Source: the human T2T-CHM13v2.0 reference genome, Homo sapiens | Length of the DNA stretch: 64,000 nucleotides | Direction: 5' to 3' (one strand) | NCBI RefSeq assembly: GCF_009914755.1 | Contig: NC_060933.1 | Part shown: in pieces, positions 42,025-54,479 of the stretch | Position numbering within the stretch: position 1 is the stretch's first letter | How the letters are laid out: every line of letters begins with the position of its first letter | The notes under the pieces: model-generated | Told to the model about the DNA's origin: nothing | What the model saw: the letters and a program-made list of their open reading frames with translations, nothing else | The model's database searches: none | Position numbers and translations under genes: made by a program

Positions 42025-42764
42025 GGCAATGCTATTGTTTTTATTTGGTAACATTTAGATTCATTACTTTAGAATCAAAAATAAAGTATTTATTGATATT
42101 GAAACTCTATAATAATGTTTCTAACTTAGCTTTTAAAATATACTTTAAAGTACAAGTGGGTAATGTGATCACAAGGTTAAAAAATATTTTTTCATTTGAA
42201 CTACCACAATAGTTGAACTTATTGCATATAATTCTTTTCAAGTGAATAAATATTTACTAGGCAGCTATAGTAAACTCTGAAATAGAATTGTTCTTAGTTC
42301 TTTCAAGGAGGGGCAACAAAATAGAAATATCTCTGCATGTCATGGTACAAATTATTAAATATATAAACAATAATCTAAGACAGGTGTTGTAAGGTGGGGA
42401 AAGTGAAGCCTAGAGCAGTTAAGTAACGCAATTGCCCAAGATCCCACAGCTAGTATATGAGACAGCTTAATTTCTTGCCTGTCTAACTTCAATGACTGTG
42501 ACCTTTATTACTCTACTAACTATTCAGCAAATGCTGGTGATATATTACGTTGTCTTTTAGGACTGTAAATGTGAGCTTACTTTAACCACAAACATGGGAG
42601 CACTACAGCTGTATCTGGGTCAAACTCCTCTCCTTCAGAACACTGTGAATATAGATGCTGCCATATATAGATGAGACTTTGAAAAGAAATTTGATGATCC
42701 CAATTAAGAAGAACAAATTGGGTATCTTTCCTTAAGAGACATGCTTTGCAAGGAAATAGAATAC

Positions 42765-42914
42765 CTGGACATTGGCAAAGTCGACACGGTTGAGGTCACT
42801 AAGCATCTGGTTGATTTGGGAAGTGTTCTGAAGCACTGCACGAGCTGCCTGGGCCAGGTGATTAAGCGACGTGTATCTTCGCAGAGTCTGGGCAAAGGCA
42901 CTTACAGCGGCAAC
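42765..42914 (-). CDS. RFX3: RFX3 exon 13: VAAVSAFAQTLRRYTSLNHLAQAARAVLQNTSQINQMLSDLNRVDFANVQ
   Basis: Acceptor TTACAG|GTT, donor CAG|GTATTC; 150 nt; RFX dimerization motif LRRYTSLNHLAQAARAVL. Confidence 0.97.
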
Positions 42915-43513
42915 CTGTAACGCAATCCAATTAAGTTGGGATTCTGTTTCCTCCAGTAAAAGAAACCACTGCAATTTTCAAATCTTCTTTCCCTTCACAA
43001 ATTTTAAATGCTTGCCTCTGACACTTATTTAAAATTCATTTGGTGAGAGAGTTCACTTGTAAATTACAGCATTTAAATCTCTAAACCAAGTATTATTTTC
43101 CTTCTGAGTAGGTTGAGGTCAAGACTAAAACAAACTCCCACATTCTTCGACATCTGAGCGTAGCATTAATTAAACTAGTCTTGCAAGTGACTACTCATCC
43201 ACAGTAAGAAATGACTTTGAGTAGGGAAGCAAGAAAAATGTTGGTTTTCATTTCTTTTTTTTACTGTTCTTTGGACAGTCAAGTAGAAACTAGGCAAATT
43301 TTAAAAGTAGGGATGTGCAGTTTGCCCTTTCAAATAAAAAGAGATCTGGACATTCCTACTCTTTACATTGTATTTAAAAATGCATGTGAGAGCATTACCA
43401 TTCAGATTTATTCTTACTACCTTTATTTTATAGAAACGAGTAATTTTGAGGCGAGATTATCAGAGGCAACCAACTAGAATAACCTTTTTTCAGAATTAGA
43501 GTTTCTTTAAAAG

Positions 43514-44006
43514 GGCTATGCGGGAAATTTCTATTTGCCTCTCAAAATCTACTTTCCATTTTTCTTCATCTTGTTCTGTGCCCAGGAAGATTGATCCGAA
43601 TGGACCACATTAACCTCCCCTCTTGTTCTCTGGCTTCCACCTGGGTTTGACCAATAACAGGCACTGGCAGGAGATGGAAGGATGGGAAGAAAGAGCGGTT
43701 ACCAGGGTACTTATTCACTGCAACCTCTGCTTGCTGCCTGTTAGAGCGGAACCTGCTTTCCTTTTCTAATGTTACCACAGTCCTGAGGGAAAGAGTGGAT
43801 TTCCTAATGCCATAACTTTCACCTCTCACCCCTTCATTCCTAGGGATGGTTAGAATTCCCACTATTGCTAGCCCTGGGATGCTTTACTATTCCTCTTTGT
43901 TTTTTTCAACTCTGTTCATACCTTTGGAAATAAACTCTTCTTAAACTCTGTTTATCCCCACCGTTGGATGCACGATTTGTTGCCTGTTCAGACCCTGAAT
44001 GAAGCA
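43514..44006 (+). mobile_element. ERVL solo LTR (LTR33-like)
   Basis: TTCTGTGCCCAGGAAG...GGCACTGGCAGGAGATGG...GCTAGCCCTGGG...GACCCTGAATGAAGCA. Confidence 0.7.
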
Positions 44007-44866
44007 GTTTATTTTGAAAGACAGCAAAGATAATGCAAAATGTCTACATGAAATCTAAATCTCATAATCTCATGGAAATTTGTTATGTGCACAATATAGA
44101 TCTAATGATTTTAATCTTTTAAAAATATATTTTAAAAATAGACACATCTACAGGAATGTATAGTATTGCACTCAATCACTATATGGGTATATAAGGTACG
44201 AGCAGTTGAATGATCAATTGGGAGCGGTAGAGGGTGTTCACAGGGAACAGGATGCTCTATCTTGACATGAGATGTTTGAGGACTATTTGGAACTTGGGGG
44301 GAAGCTCATACGTCCTCAAAAAAGAACCTTATTCCATTTTTGTGGTTTACATTAATCCAGTATATACTATGTGCCAGGCTCTGGGTTAAGTGCCTTACAT
44401 ATATTATCTTATTCAAGTCTCATAACTATCTTATTAGACACATATTATGATTTAAAGAAGATAAGTAGCTTGCTCAAGGCTGCAAAGAAACTTCATTACT
44501 GATGGGAATTGACCTGGGCATTTTGATTCCAAAAGCCACAGTAGTTGGAATGCTGTTTCCTCTGTCAGGGTAAATTGTCTCTGTTAATTGAATGTGGAGA
44601 GGAAAAAAGACTGCATATCAGTGAAACCAGAAGAACAGACGGTACCCTCTACTGTGGTGAATCATTCAACCAAACTCCGGAGGTCAATGAGATGGCCAAC
44701 GTTGCAATTGGATTGTTACCACATTCACTTTGACAACACTGGGAAGGGAAGTGCTTTTAGCTCTTTGAGGTATTGTTACAAATGTGACTGACTGAAAGTT
44801 GAAAAGGATTCCTTGACCATAATCAAAGGCCACCTTCTTTCTTGCACACCTCCATGTGGTATACAA

Positions 44867-45109
44867 CAGCACTGCCAAAGAGAACTCTCTGCCATGATGG
44901 ACATGCTCTACATATGCCAAAGAGAACTCTCTGCCATGATGGACATGCTCTACACATATGCTGCCTAACATGGTAGCCAGCAGCCAGAGGAGGCTACTGA
45001 GCACTCAAAATGTAGCGAGTATGACTGAGGAGCTAGTTTTTTCATTTCACTTAATTTAAAATTCTAATTTAAATAGCCACACGTGGCTGGCCCTACTGTG
45101 AAAGCACAT
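44867..45109. mobile_element. MER3 (hAT-Charlie) with internal tandem duplication
   Basis: CAGCACTG-CCAA-AGAACT..CTG..ATGATGGA; ATGGTAGCCA...GAGCACTCAAAATGT; TTTAAATAGCCACACGTGGCT. Confidence 0.85.
44873..44954 (+). repeat. Exact 40-bp tandem duplication (42-bp period)
   Basis: TGCCAAAGAGAACTCTCTGCCATGATGGACATGCTCTACA at 44873-44912 and 44915-44954. Confidence 0.95.
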
Positions 45110-46037
45110 TTCTAGAGGAACAATCTAATATGGGCACATCAATGAAATGTTGCCTTCTATATGTTTTAGAGAGAGAAAGTTTTATTGCAAACTTTAAGCC
45201 CAAGCAAACGAACTGGAGGCTACTTATGTTCCCACAGAGGTTTATCAGCTAAAATAACTTCAATTGCTCAACTCTGCCCCCCGATTCAAAGGCAAAGTAT
45301 ATTGCTGGAGTCTGACAGTAAATACAGTCATTGACAAGAAGTCACAAATGTGATTTCTGTTACCAACATTTAAATAAAATTTAGAAATAGTCCAATCTTG
45401 CTATGAGGATATGTTCACAGATTAACTGGAAGCAGCATGGCTAGTAGGAGACAAAGTAGAGACTAAAATTTGTATCTCTAGCTAAATAATCCACATTCCT
45501 GAGATATATTGATTAATTATGAGTTAATTGTTCACTTTATTCACAAAAGCATTCTCCAGTGTTTAGAAAAACACCAAAACATCCTGAAAAAGCAAAACAA
45601 TATTAATTTCTATGAACTTTTCAGGATATGATAAGTATAGCAGGAAATTTTAGAAATAGAAAATTCCTTCAAATGAAAACTATTTGAACATTCTAGGCTA
45701 TTATTTTAATATTTGAAATTAAACATTTATAGTTTATATCTTTCTCACAGATATAATTTAGAATATATATATCTACTATATTGTTTAGAAAGAGCTTATA
45801 AATGCACCACACTTAAAATGCTTCCCTATTCTCTTTGAAAGGAACATTGTCAAACATCTCTTGTGCAAGTTCTTTACTACATGGTTATAAAATACAAATA
45901 TAAAAATCAGTTTTAAAAGATGATGTATGTTATAACCTCAACATTTTACATAATACCATTTGATAGGATAGATGTAAAGTTCACAATTCAGAATAATTTC
46001 CTCAACACAAAAGAAAAAGCAAGGACATAAAGTATAC

Positions 46038-46135
46038 CTTGGTTTGTATCATTCTCTGTGGAATATTGTTCATGGCATTGGAAAGCCAACCTTCAAGGCT
46101 TTTTGCAAAATTTCGAATGGCTTGGGTCAAGGCAC
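46038..46135 (-). CDS. RFX3: RFX3 exon 12: (S)ALTQAIRNFAKSLEGWLSNAMNNIPQRMIQTK
   Basis: Acceptor TGTTTAG|GTG, donor AAG|GTATAC; 98 nt; absent from the ORF track, read by hand. Confidence 0.96.
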
Positions 46136-49100
46136 CTAAACATTAAAGAATAAAAGCAGGATAAAAAAAAGTATGAAAGAATATTAATGTTTGTGCTAGA
46201 ATAAAAGAAAATGCTCGTACACAATATCTGATACAGCACAGAACTCATATTGTCCTCATTGATGAAACTTTATTTAACATTATTCCTAACTTTTTAAAGC
46301 ATCCAAGAATTATATTTTGGGCTTTTTCTTTTAAAGTTATTTTGTTCCCAGATACTTATGACGCTTTTTTGGGAAAAAAAAGGATTCAAACATTTTTGCT
46401 TACAGCAACATATACCAGTTGTGAATATACTTAAAGAATTTTCTTGCTTGGAAAAAAACACTCCTTTCATTAACAGTTTTGTGCTAAAGGCTATGTATTT
46501 TCTTTAAAATTCTTCATCTTGTTCTTTCAAGCTCTTAATCTATTTTCATTTCTTTTATTAAAAAGAAAAATAATGCAAAGCTTGCTCTGTTTCTCTATGC
46601 ATCTATTTACTTAGAATCTGTGAATTAGAGTAATTCTCTCTCATCCTTGTTGAAAAGGTAAAAATTAAAATTGTCTGAATTGAAATTTTTGGGCAATTAT
46701 TTTCCATTTCATTTGGCAGGTAGAGGTAAACGATCAGTATGATAAAATTGCTGTTACGGAAACCCGTATTCTTAAGATACTCCTAAAATAGCTCATTCTG
46801 TATCCTTGACATATCTGTTAAAACCTGAAATAGGGATAGGTCCCATGACAGAAGATTTTATGGTGGTCATAAAATAATGAGAAGCATCTTCAGTTATCAG
46901 TGATGACTATGACTATTTTATAAGAAAAAATCTGCTTACTGAGATTGCTATATAGTAGGAGACAGAATACTTTCCTTGTTCAACAAGTAATCCAGTTAAT
47001 AGTATTTTACTTCCTCTGTGCCCAAGGCTCCATAGTAATGTAGAGGAAAATTAGAGACATTTAGTAGACAAGTGCCTGAAGCACCCACAACATAAAAGTA
47101 ACCTTTGTAGGTTCTCTATAATGGGGTAGGTATCAACATATGCTACTATAAGAAACACAGTTATATTTCGGGCCGAGGTCCCCAGGAATATTAATATTAC
47201 GGATGGGCTTAAATTCCTTGGTTTTTCTTTCTGTGCTCAAATGAGTCTGACATGATTCTCTATGCTTCTGTTAAAACCAGGTTTTAAAAATAATTTCACT
47301 TACTCAAGTTATTTGCAAACAATATAAATTTTCCCATTCCAATAATAAAGACAACTAAATGTGTTTTTAAGAGATTTGTTTAACTGTTCAAAACTGGAGA
47401 GACGAGATTGGAATGGGCTAAATTTTGGTTAGGAAAAACACTCAAGCAGTGCAGATCCTTAACCACGAGGATCATCTACTGGAAACACTGAATTGGAAAT
47501 TTCTTGAGAACTAATCTTTTGAAACCTTCAAAGCTTCCCATGTTAGTCAAAAAAAGAAAAAGGAAAGAAAAATATTTTTCTGTTGTATTATGTGCTAGAA
47601 CCATGGAGGGCAGGCATGAATGGAAATGAAAAAGAGTGAAAAAAAATTAATAATCCCTTTTGAAACAGTAAAATTTTGTTCAAGGTTCATTTTGGCAATC
47701 TGCATTTTCCATTTTTCCTACAATTAGTGTACATTAATTATTTAATCTGAAAAATAACCCCCAAATCTATAAATATTACTTTAAAAATATTTATTACGGG
47801 CCTTGTTTTATCTAGATAAATTTAATGCAAGGGCAATTAGGTGAGAAAAGATATATTTTGCATTTTAAATAATTGTGAATTTTTACTTTTTCTACTAAAT
47901 GATATTCTGGGCCACCTCTGGTTATACTTCCAATTGTACATTTAAGTGTTACCCATTGAGTGCTCATACAATTAACGTTTTTTTCATTTTCAGATAACTG
48001 CATTTTAGAATATAGTAGCTTCAAGCTGACATTAAATTAGTGTGATGTGCAGAATTTTTTTAGCTAAAAAAAGAAATCCCATCTGGACAGAAAATGGTAG
48101 AGTGAAGTGCTAGTAGCCAGGAAAATACAATTTTTAAAAATAAAATTAAGTTTGCTCTCTCTACAGGGATTCATGTATGTACAAAATTGTGCAGATTGAC
48201 TCTGACAACTTTCAAAGCCTCATGAATGGATGGTTTGGAATTTAAACTCTATTCCAAAGCTGACTTGTCTCAACCTGCTCAAGATTAATACTAAAATGCA
48301 TACAAGCAGAAGATAGCTATCTAAATTGTATTTTAAGCTTTACTTTGCTACACCTCATTGTAGAATGGGAATTAAATTTCCAAATTTTCTTGGCAGGGTG
48401 GTATATCAATGCATCTTATAATTTCAGAGAGACTACAAAACTATTCGGGTGTCTGCTTAATGTAGAGACAAGCTATTTGACAGAATAAACTGGTTTTCAA
48501 ATCAAAATTTGCAAAAGACAAAGGCCAGTGTATTGTGTACTTAAAATTATGGGCTTGAATTAAACTAAAATTGATACAAGATTTAAAACAGAGAACTGTT
48601 AAACTCACAAGTTAAAGTCTTATGGTGCTGTTATAGAAGCAAAAGATTTTAGAACTGTTTAATGAATACTGATGTTGTTGATTTGCCTCAAAAAAGAAAG
48701 TACTTGCTGACATCCCTTCTTTTATCTCATGAGAAAAATTTTATGTTGGTAGTAAGATGTCATAGGCTAATGAGCTACCCTATGCAACTTCTTATAAACA
48801 TCTCTAGAGATTATCACTCAGAGCACAGGGAGCAAGAGAAAAACAAGGAAAATCCGATTCTGGAACATAAATCAGTAGAGAATTTAGCTAGTGAAACTTT
48901 CTAAAACATCACTTTTAATCAACCTTTAGCCAGGAAACTTGCTGTAGGTAGAGTAGAATATATTACCAATTTACAAAATTGTGAGATAATGTCAGCTAAT
49001 TTTTTTTTTACTTATTCCTATATAAATTTACGTGTGTTCATTAATATTATATGGAAATATGTTTAAGCATACATTTTAAGGTGGCCGGGAACATATTAAA

Positions 49101-49878
49101 GATCTCATACCTTCTACTGTTGTCTATTGTTATTTAGAAAAAAAGAAAGTATAAGCATACAAATGTTAATATCTTCCCCTTTTGTTCTACTAAATTCCTA
49201 TTTTCATATTTTCTAGAATAATTTAACACAAATCATCTGTGAATAGTATACTTGAAGTACACAGTAGCCAACTTCACAAGCTATATGCTTGCTTTTACTT
49301 TATTGATGTCAATGTAGAGTAGTAACTGTCTCATTTCTTAAAAAGTTAAGGTCACTACTGTGTACTCATATAGATATAGGCATAAAATAGTTTCAGCTGC
49401 CTCTAACAGTATCTGTGGTAGCGTTTATATCGATACTTGAGAAAATAGCTTTGTTTGCTACAAAGTAGTTTAAAAAGCACCATCACTTAAAAAGGTAATC
49501 TAACCTATCTATGTAATTCCCATTTTCTTCATAGTGGGATTACAATGCTTGTGTAGTTACAAAGATTTTTCTCTCAAAATGCCAGTTAACCATTACTGCT
49601 AATGGAAACCGCATCTGTAGTTCCTAACATGATGTAGGTGACAAAGTAAATGCTTTTATAATGGAATTCAACTTCAGTGGAAATCAAGATAGATTCACTT
49701 CAAGTCAAAAGCAACCGTGAAGGAGGTTGGCCTAGCAATTACAGATTTCCATAATTTTTGGCTTTATGAAGGAGACTGTGTCCTTGGGTAGAATAATTTT
49801 TATATGGTTGACTGGCCTGCTAGTGTTCTTACAAGTAGTTTACTGGGGCTGTTACATCTACAGGTTGGCTTTTCTATC

Positions 49879-49981
49879 AAAAAAAAGAAAAAAGAAAGAA
49901 AGAGAAAGAAGGAAAGAAAGAAAGAAAGAAAGAAAGGAAAGAAAGAAAGAAAAGGAGAAAGAAAGAAAAAGAAAAGAAAGA
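49879..49981 (+). repeat. Pure purine (GAAA)n-type tract
   Basis: Direct reading. Confidence 0.95.
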
Positions 49982-50180
49982 CTGAAAAATAGATCATCTT
50001 TTCCCTTTTACTACAGTTTTGCTCTAGGCTGCTTTCACACAATATTCTGTGTTGCATGTTTTCTATCTGGCAAATCTAAATGAAATTAGAATCATTCTAG
50101 ATTGCAATGTCACTTCTCAAAACTTCCTGGGTGGAATGTATGAGAACAAAAGCATCCGTACTCGTCTGCATTTAACTTAC

Positions 50181-50335
50181 TAGGAATAGGTCTAAGGACG
50201 TCGGGGATGAGAATCTCCACCAAAGCCTGGTACATCCCATGGTCACAGTTACACATCCATTTCAGGATAGACTCATGTTTGCACAGAGTTATCAGCTTTG
50301 CTTTCGGAAGTCGACTTTCTATTTCACTCAGATTG
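50181..50335 (-). CDS. RFX3: RFX3 exon 11: (S)NLSEIESRLPKAKLITLCKHESILKWMCNCDHGMYQALVEILIPDVLRPIP(S), conserved region C
   Basis: Acceptor CACACCAG|CAA, donor CTA|GTAAGT; 155 nt; read by hand. Confidence 0.96.
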
Positions 50336-50751
50336 CTGGTGTGAATAAATGTAGCAAATGAATAGATGGCAAATGAGGATAAAAAAGAAAATGGACTTTA
50401 AAAATAGTTTAAGTTTACCAAATATTACTGAGGTTAGAACTATACCACCATTGCACTGGTGCCATACAGCTGGCTATATATACCGAGAGAGATAGACAGA
50501 TATATAAAACACTCCCCCAGAGCTGTCTATGCACATTTGTATTTTCTGACGGTATGAAAGGCAGATATGATAGTAATTCCATGAGGATGAAATAACTACC
50601 ACAGTCCCCCAAATCAGTACAAATGGGAGCTATATACACACACTGAAACCTCAAGAGAGCAGTTCATGGTTTATTTCTAGGATGGCCAAAACATCAATCT
50701 ATTCAATTAATGTCATCAGGTAAGGTTCACAACTGGTATACATATCTCTAA

Positions 50752-50757
50752 TTTATT
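50752..50757 (-). terminator. Candidate intronic poly(A) signal in intron 10
   Basis: AATAAA 15 nt after the read-through TGA. Confidence 0.55.
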
Positions 50758-50772
50758 AGTTGTGACATCTAC

Positions 50773-50812
50773 TCAGCCATGAAAATGAATTGGAAAAGAT
50801 GTTGATTCTGAC
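50773..50812 (-). CDS. RFX3: Alternative terminal extension of exon 10 ((R)SESTSFPIHFHG*), 413-aa truncated RFX3 isoform
   Basis: Read-through of the weak GTCAGA donor reaches TGA at 50773-50775; AATAAA at 50752-50757; total 413 aa matches a recalled short isoform. Confidence 0.65.
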
Positions 50813-50928
50813 CTCGATTCGGTAATGGTAGTGCCATCAGTTGGAGTAGAGGGAGAATAGCGCCAGAATGTTTGCCACAATTTTTCTATCAGGCTAAATT
50901 GAAGATTCACAACAACGTCCAATATTGC
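50813..50928 (-). CDS. RFX3: RFX3 exon 10: AILDVVVNLQFSLIEKLWQTFWRYSPSTPTDGTTITES(S), conserved region B
   Basis: Acceptor TTGTTTTTTAG|GCA, donor GAG|GTCAGA; 116 nt; read by hand. Confidence 0.96.
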
Positions 50929-51230
50929 CTAAAAAACAAAATGGTACCAGTATTACCTTACAATATTATTTACGGGACTGTGTGAGGACAGTCTAACATG
51001 ACAAGATTTTATATGGTCAAGTTCTCCCTTGGGGTCATAAGTTAACATGGTGAAACTACACTAAATTTTACCAAAGGAAGTGGAAGAAAAAAAAAAAAGA
51101 AACTAGCTAGGAAGAAGATAAAGAGGGGAAAATTCTTGGAAGATTAAGCAGGATAACATTCTTTTCATAATGTATTCATGCCACCCTCACTTCTACCTCT
51201 TTTTTCTTCCATTTTTCATTTTTGCTTTCA

Positions 51231-51379
51231 TTCCTCTCTTCTTTCCTTCCCTCCCTCCCTCCCTTCCTTCCTTCCTCCTTTCTTTCCTTCCTTCCCTTCC
51301 CTTCCCCTTCCTTCCTTCCTTCCCTCCCTCCCTTCTTTCTTTCTCTCTTTCTCTCTCTCTTTCTTTCTTTCTTTCCTTT
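51231..51379 (+). repeat. Pyrimidine (CCTT/CCCT/CTTT)n tract
   Basis: Direct reading. Confidence 0.95.
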
Positions 51380-53377
51380 ACCTACTGCTTCTTTCTGCCT
51401 CTATAGTTACTGTCACCCTACCTATTCTAAGACCTGGAAGGGTACAAAACATAGATTCAATTACCAGCAGTCCTCTTTGGGCTAGGTAACCACTGGCCAT
51501 CACAGCAGGTGGAAGTGAAGGGTGTGGAGTTGCTTTTGTGTGGCAGATGGAGTTAGGGCTGAATTAGCTTTGTCTAAGGCAGCTGACCACAGGTTCCACT
51601 GTGTTCCCAGCCAAACAGAGGCTGGGGCAGAAACCATGGAGTCAGCAGGCCTTCAGTGGATACTGCCTCTCTGGGCATAGCATTCAACATTAAAGAGAAT
51701 CCAATCCTATCTCTGCATACCTCCTTTACGGAACAACCTTAAGACTATCTCCTTTTCAAATCTCGGGGGCCTCACCTCCTCTTTCTCCTTTTTTATCTCC
51801 TAGAACTATTTCCCAGATGCATCTAAGACTTTTTTTTATGGTGCTTAAATGTACCACTTTCCGTTAACTGTCAATGATGATAATTTTACCCTGTCATTGC
51901 AATTAGTTTGTAAATAAGCCTTCAGGTAAAAGCAGGCATAAAACTAAAGAATAACCTGTTTGTGCCAAGAACACATGATTTTGTGATTATTTTGGGCATT
52001 AAAAGACAGAAGTAGTCAGTATAATGTGATTGATGTCATCACCTTTGAGGCAAAGGTAACACAGCCCCACAAAGATCTATAAAATTCGTGGAAGATAAAA
52101 GAAATCAGGGGACAATCTAGAGTGTCTATAAGAGTATTGTAGGCAAAAACAACAAACCATAACTTCATATTTGTTGAGTTTGGGCCACCTGTATAGAGCT
52201 GGCCCAATGTATGATACACACAATAACTGGTATGAAATATATTCTAAAAGTATAAAATGTTGCAAGTAGTTAAATATTGAAAATGAAGATAGGGAGACAA
52301 ATTAATTTAGACAGTCCTCAGTAACAATAAAAATGCAAAATGCAAGCTCTGAAAATAAAGGGCATGTAGATGTCCCTCATCCCAGCAAAGATCAAAATCT
52401 TCTCCAGCAGCAAATTTTTGTAACTGCTTTCTCAATTGTAGCTTAGGCACATTCCAAGAGACATCTCTAAAAGTGTGGAGCAACTATTAATACCTTATAC
52501 ATAATACCTTATATAGTTCTATATATGAGATTGCTGTAAGAACACTTCTTTTAACCTACATTAAAAAAAATATTTCAGCAACTTGTATAAAAAGTTACAC
52601 TTGCTCCTTACATAACAAACTAGTGATACAAAAATATCTTTGATAAACAAATTGTGAGAATTCCCAATAACAGGCAAAGTAGGTATATTAATCTTTCTTT
52701 AAAAATATGTACTGTAGGAAATGTGAAATATAATTAGGCAAGTAAAGAATTTCAGTGTATCTTAAATTCAGTATCTCTTCAAATTAAATAATCTCAAATA
52801 ACTCTTTCAAAAAAGACATTCATATCAGCTTCATTTGAGGCAGTTTTACACATGAATAAAACATTTTATCATTTGTCCACCTACTTTCAAATATGTTCAG
52901 ACTAAAATATATAGGCAAATATAAATTAAAATAATCCATATTCTACTGGCTTAGGGCAAATGACTACGGGACTAAATATGAGATTCAGGCAGCTGTATTT
53001 CAAAAGTTTTTCATATTTATTCAAAATGAATATTTATTAACAGGAAAAAATAATTAGAATTTTTCTTTTTTATATATGCAGCTCAGCCCTATGAGAGAGA
53101 TGGTAGGAACACTGGTAATTCTGAAATAAATGGGGATCATTCTGTGGACTGCCATTTTCCACACAGATTATAATATATGTCCCTATTTCTTCATAAAAAG
53201 TATATTTTTGAAAATGGTATGTTAATACAAATCTTATAATTCAAAGACTATTTCAACCTTATTCAGGGGAGTTTGTCACTTAGAATAATCTTACTGTATG
53301 TTTTGTAGCAATGTAAATAATTATGCTCCAACTTACATTCTTAATAAATAGGAGAAATTTTTTAAAAATCCATTATA

Positions 53378-53803
<426 letters not shown>

Positions 53804-54479
53804 CTATATACATAAGGAAAATCCAGAAATTCTCTAATATGGGTAAAAGCATAGTAGTCAAAGGAAAATGAATATTAAGTGCTTTCATCATTCCAAGGAA
53901 TGTTGGGAACTGGTAGGACACGTTGAAGAACACTTCTGGCACATGTTGTGTTAATAAGGAGAGAACCTGCCCTTGGTGGTTAATAATCTAGTACCCTTGA
54001 CAAGCACTCAGATTTGCGCTAGCAATTCTTATTTCTGGTGTCGGGGAAAATGTCTATTAATGCTATGAGCTAAGAACCTCTTACTGCATACTGCATTGTC
54101 AGCAGTCAGGAGGACTGCCCAGGAAATCCAAAGGATTATCTTTTACTCCTAAGTAGATCACAAATATCCCTGGAATAAAGCTACTTAAATTCTAAATAGA
54201 CTCTTCTTTCAAAAGAAGCACTCAAGAAAACTCTTACTATAATCCATTATCCCCTTTTTGCCAGGTGAGCTGTGGTACATTAATGTGCTGGCATGCAGAG
54301 AGCTCACCTCCCAGACAATGAAGCAAATTCTGATGTGGGATACTCAGAACGAGAGTAGGAGTAGGGCTAGAAAACACCAAAAGGAACCCTAATTAACCAC
54401 AAAAGTGAAACAAACAAAACTGGAACCTCAGTGATCCCTGGAAAGAACACCTAAGGTGCTTTATTAAACATTTCCAGAA

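Noticed and set aside
43695-43712. X-box-like GTTACCAGGGTAC
   Set aside because: Second half-site mismatched and embedded in an LTR; not distinguishable from chance
44684-45004. 106-aa ORF with duplicated VEHVHHGREFSLA
   Set aside because: Produced by the tandem duplication in MER3; no splice or homology support
49766-50083. 105-aa Lys/Arg/Glu-rich ORF, and the Pro/Ser/Phe-rich ORFs at 51170-51489
   Set aside because: Microsatellite translation
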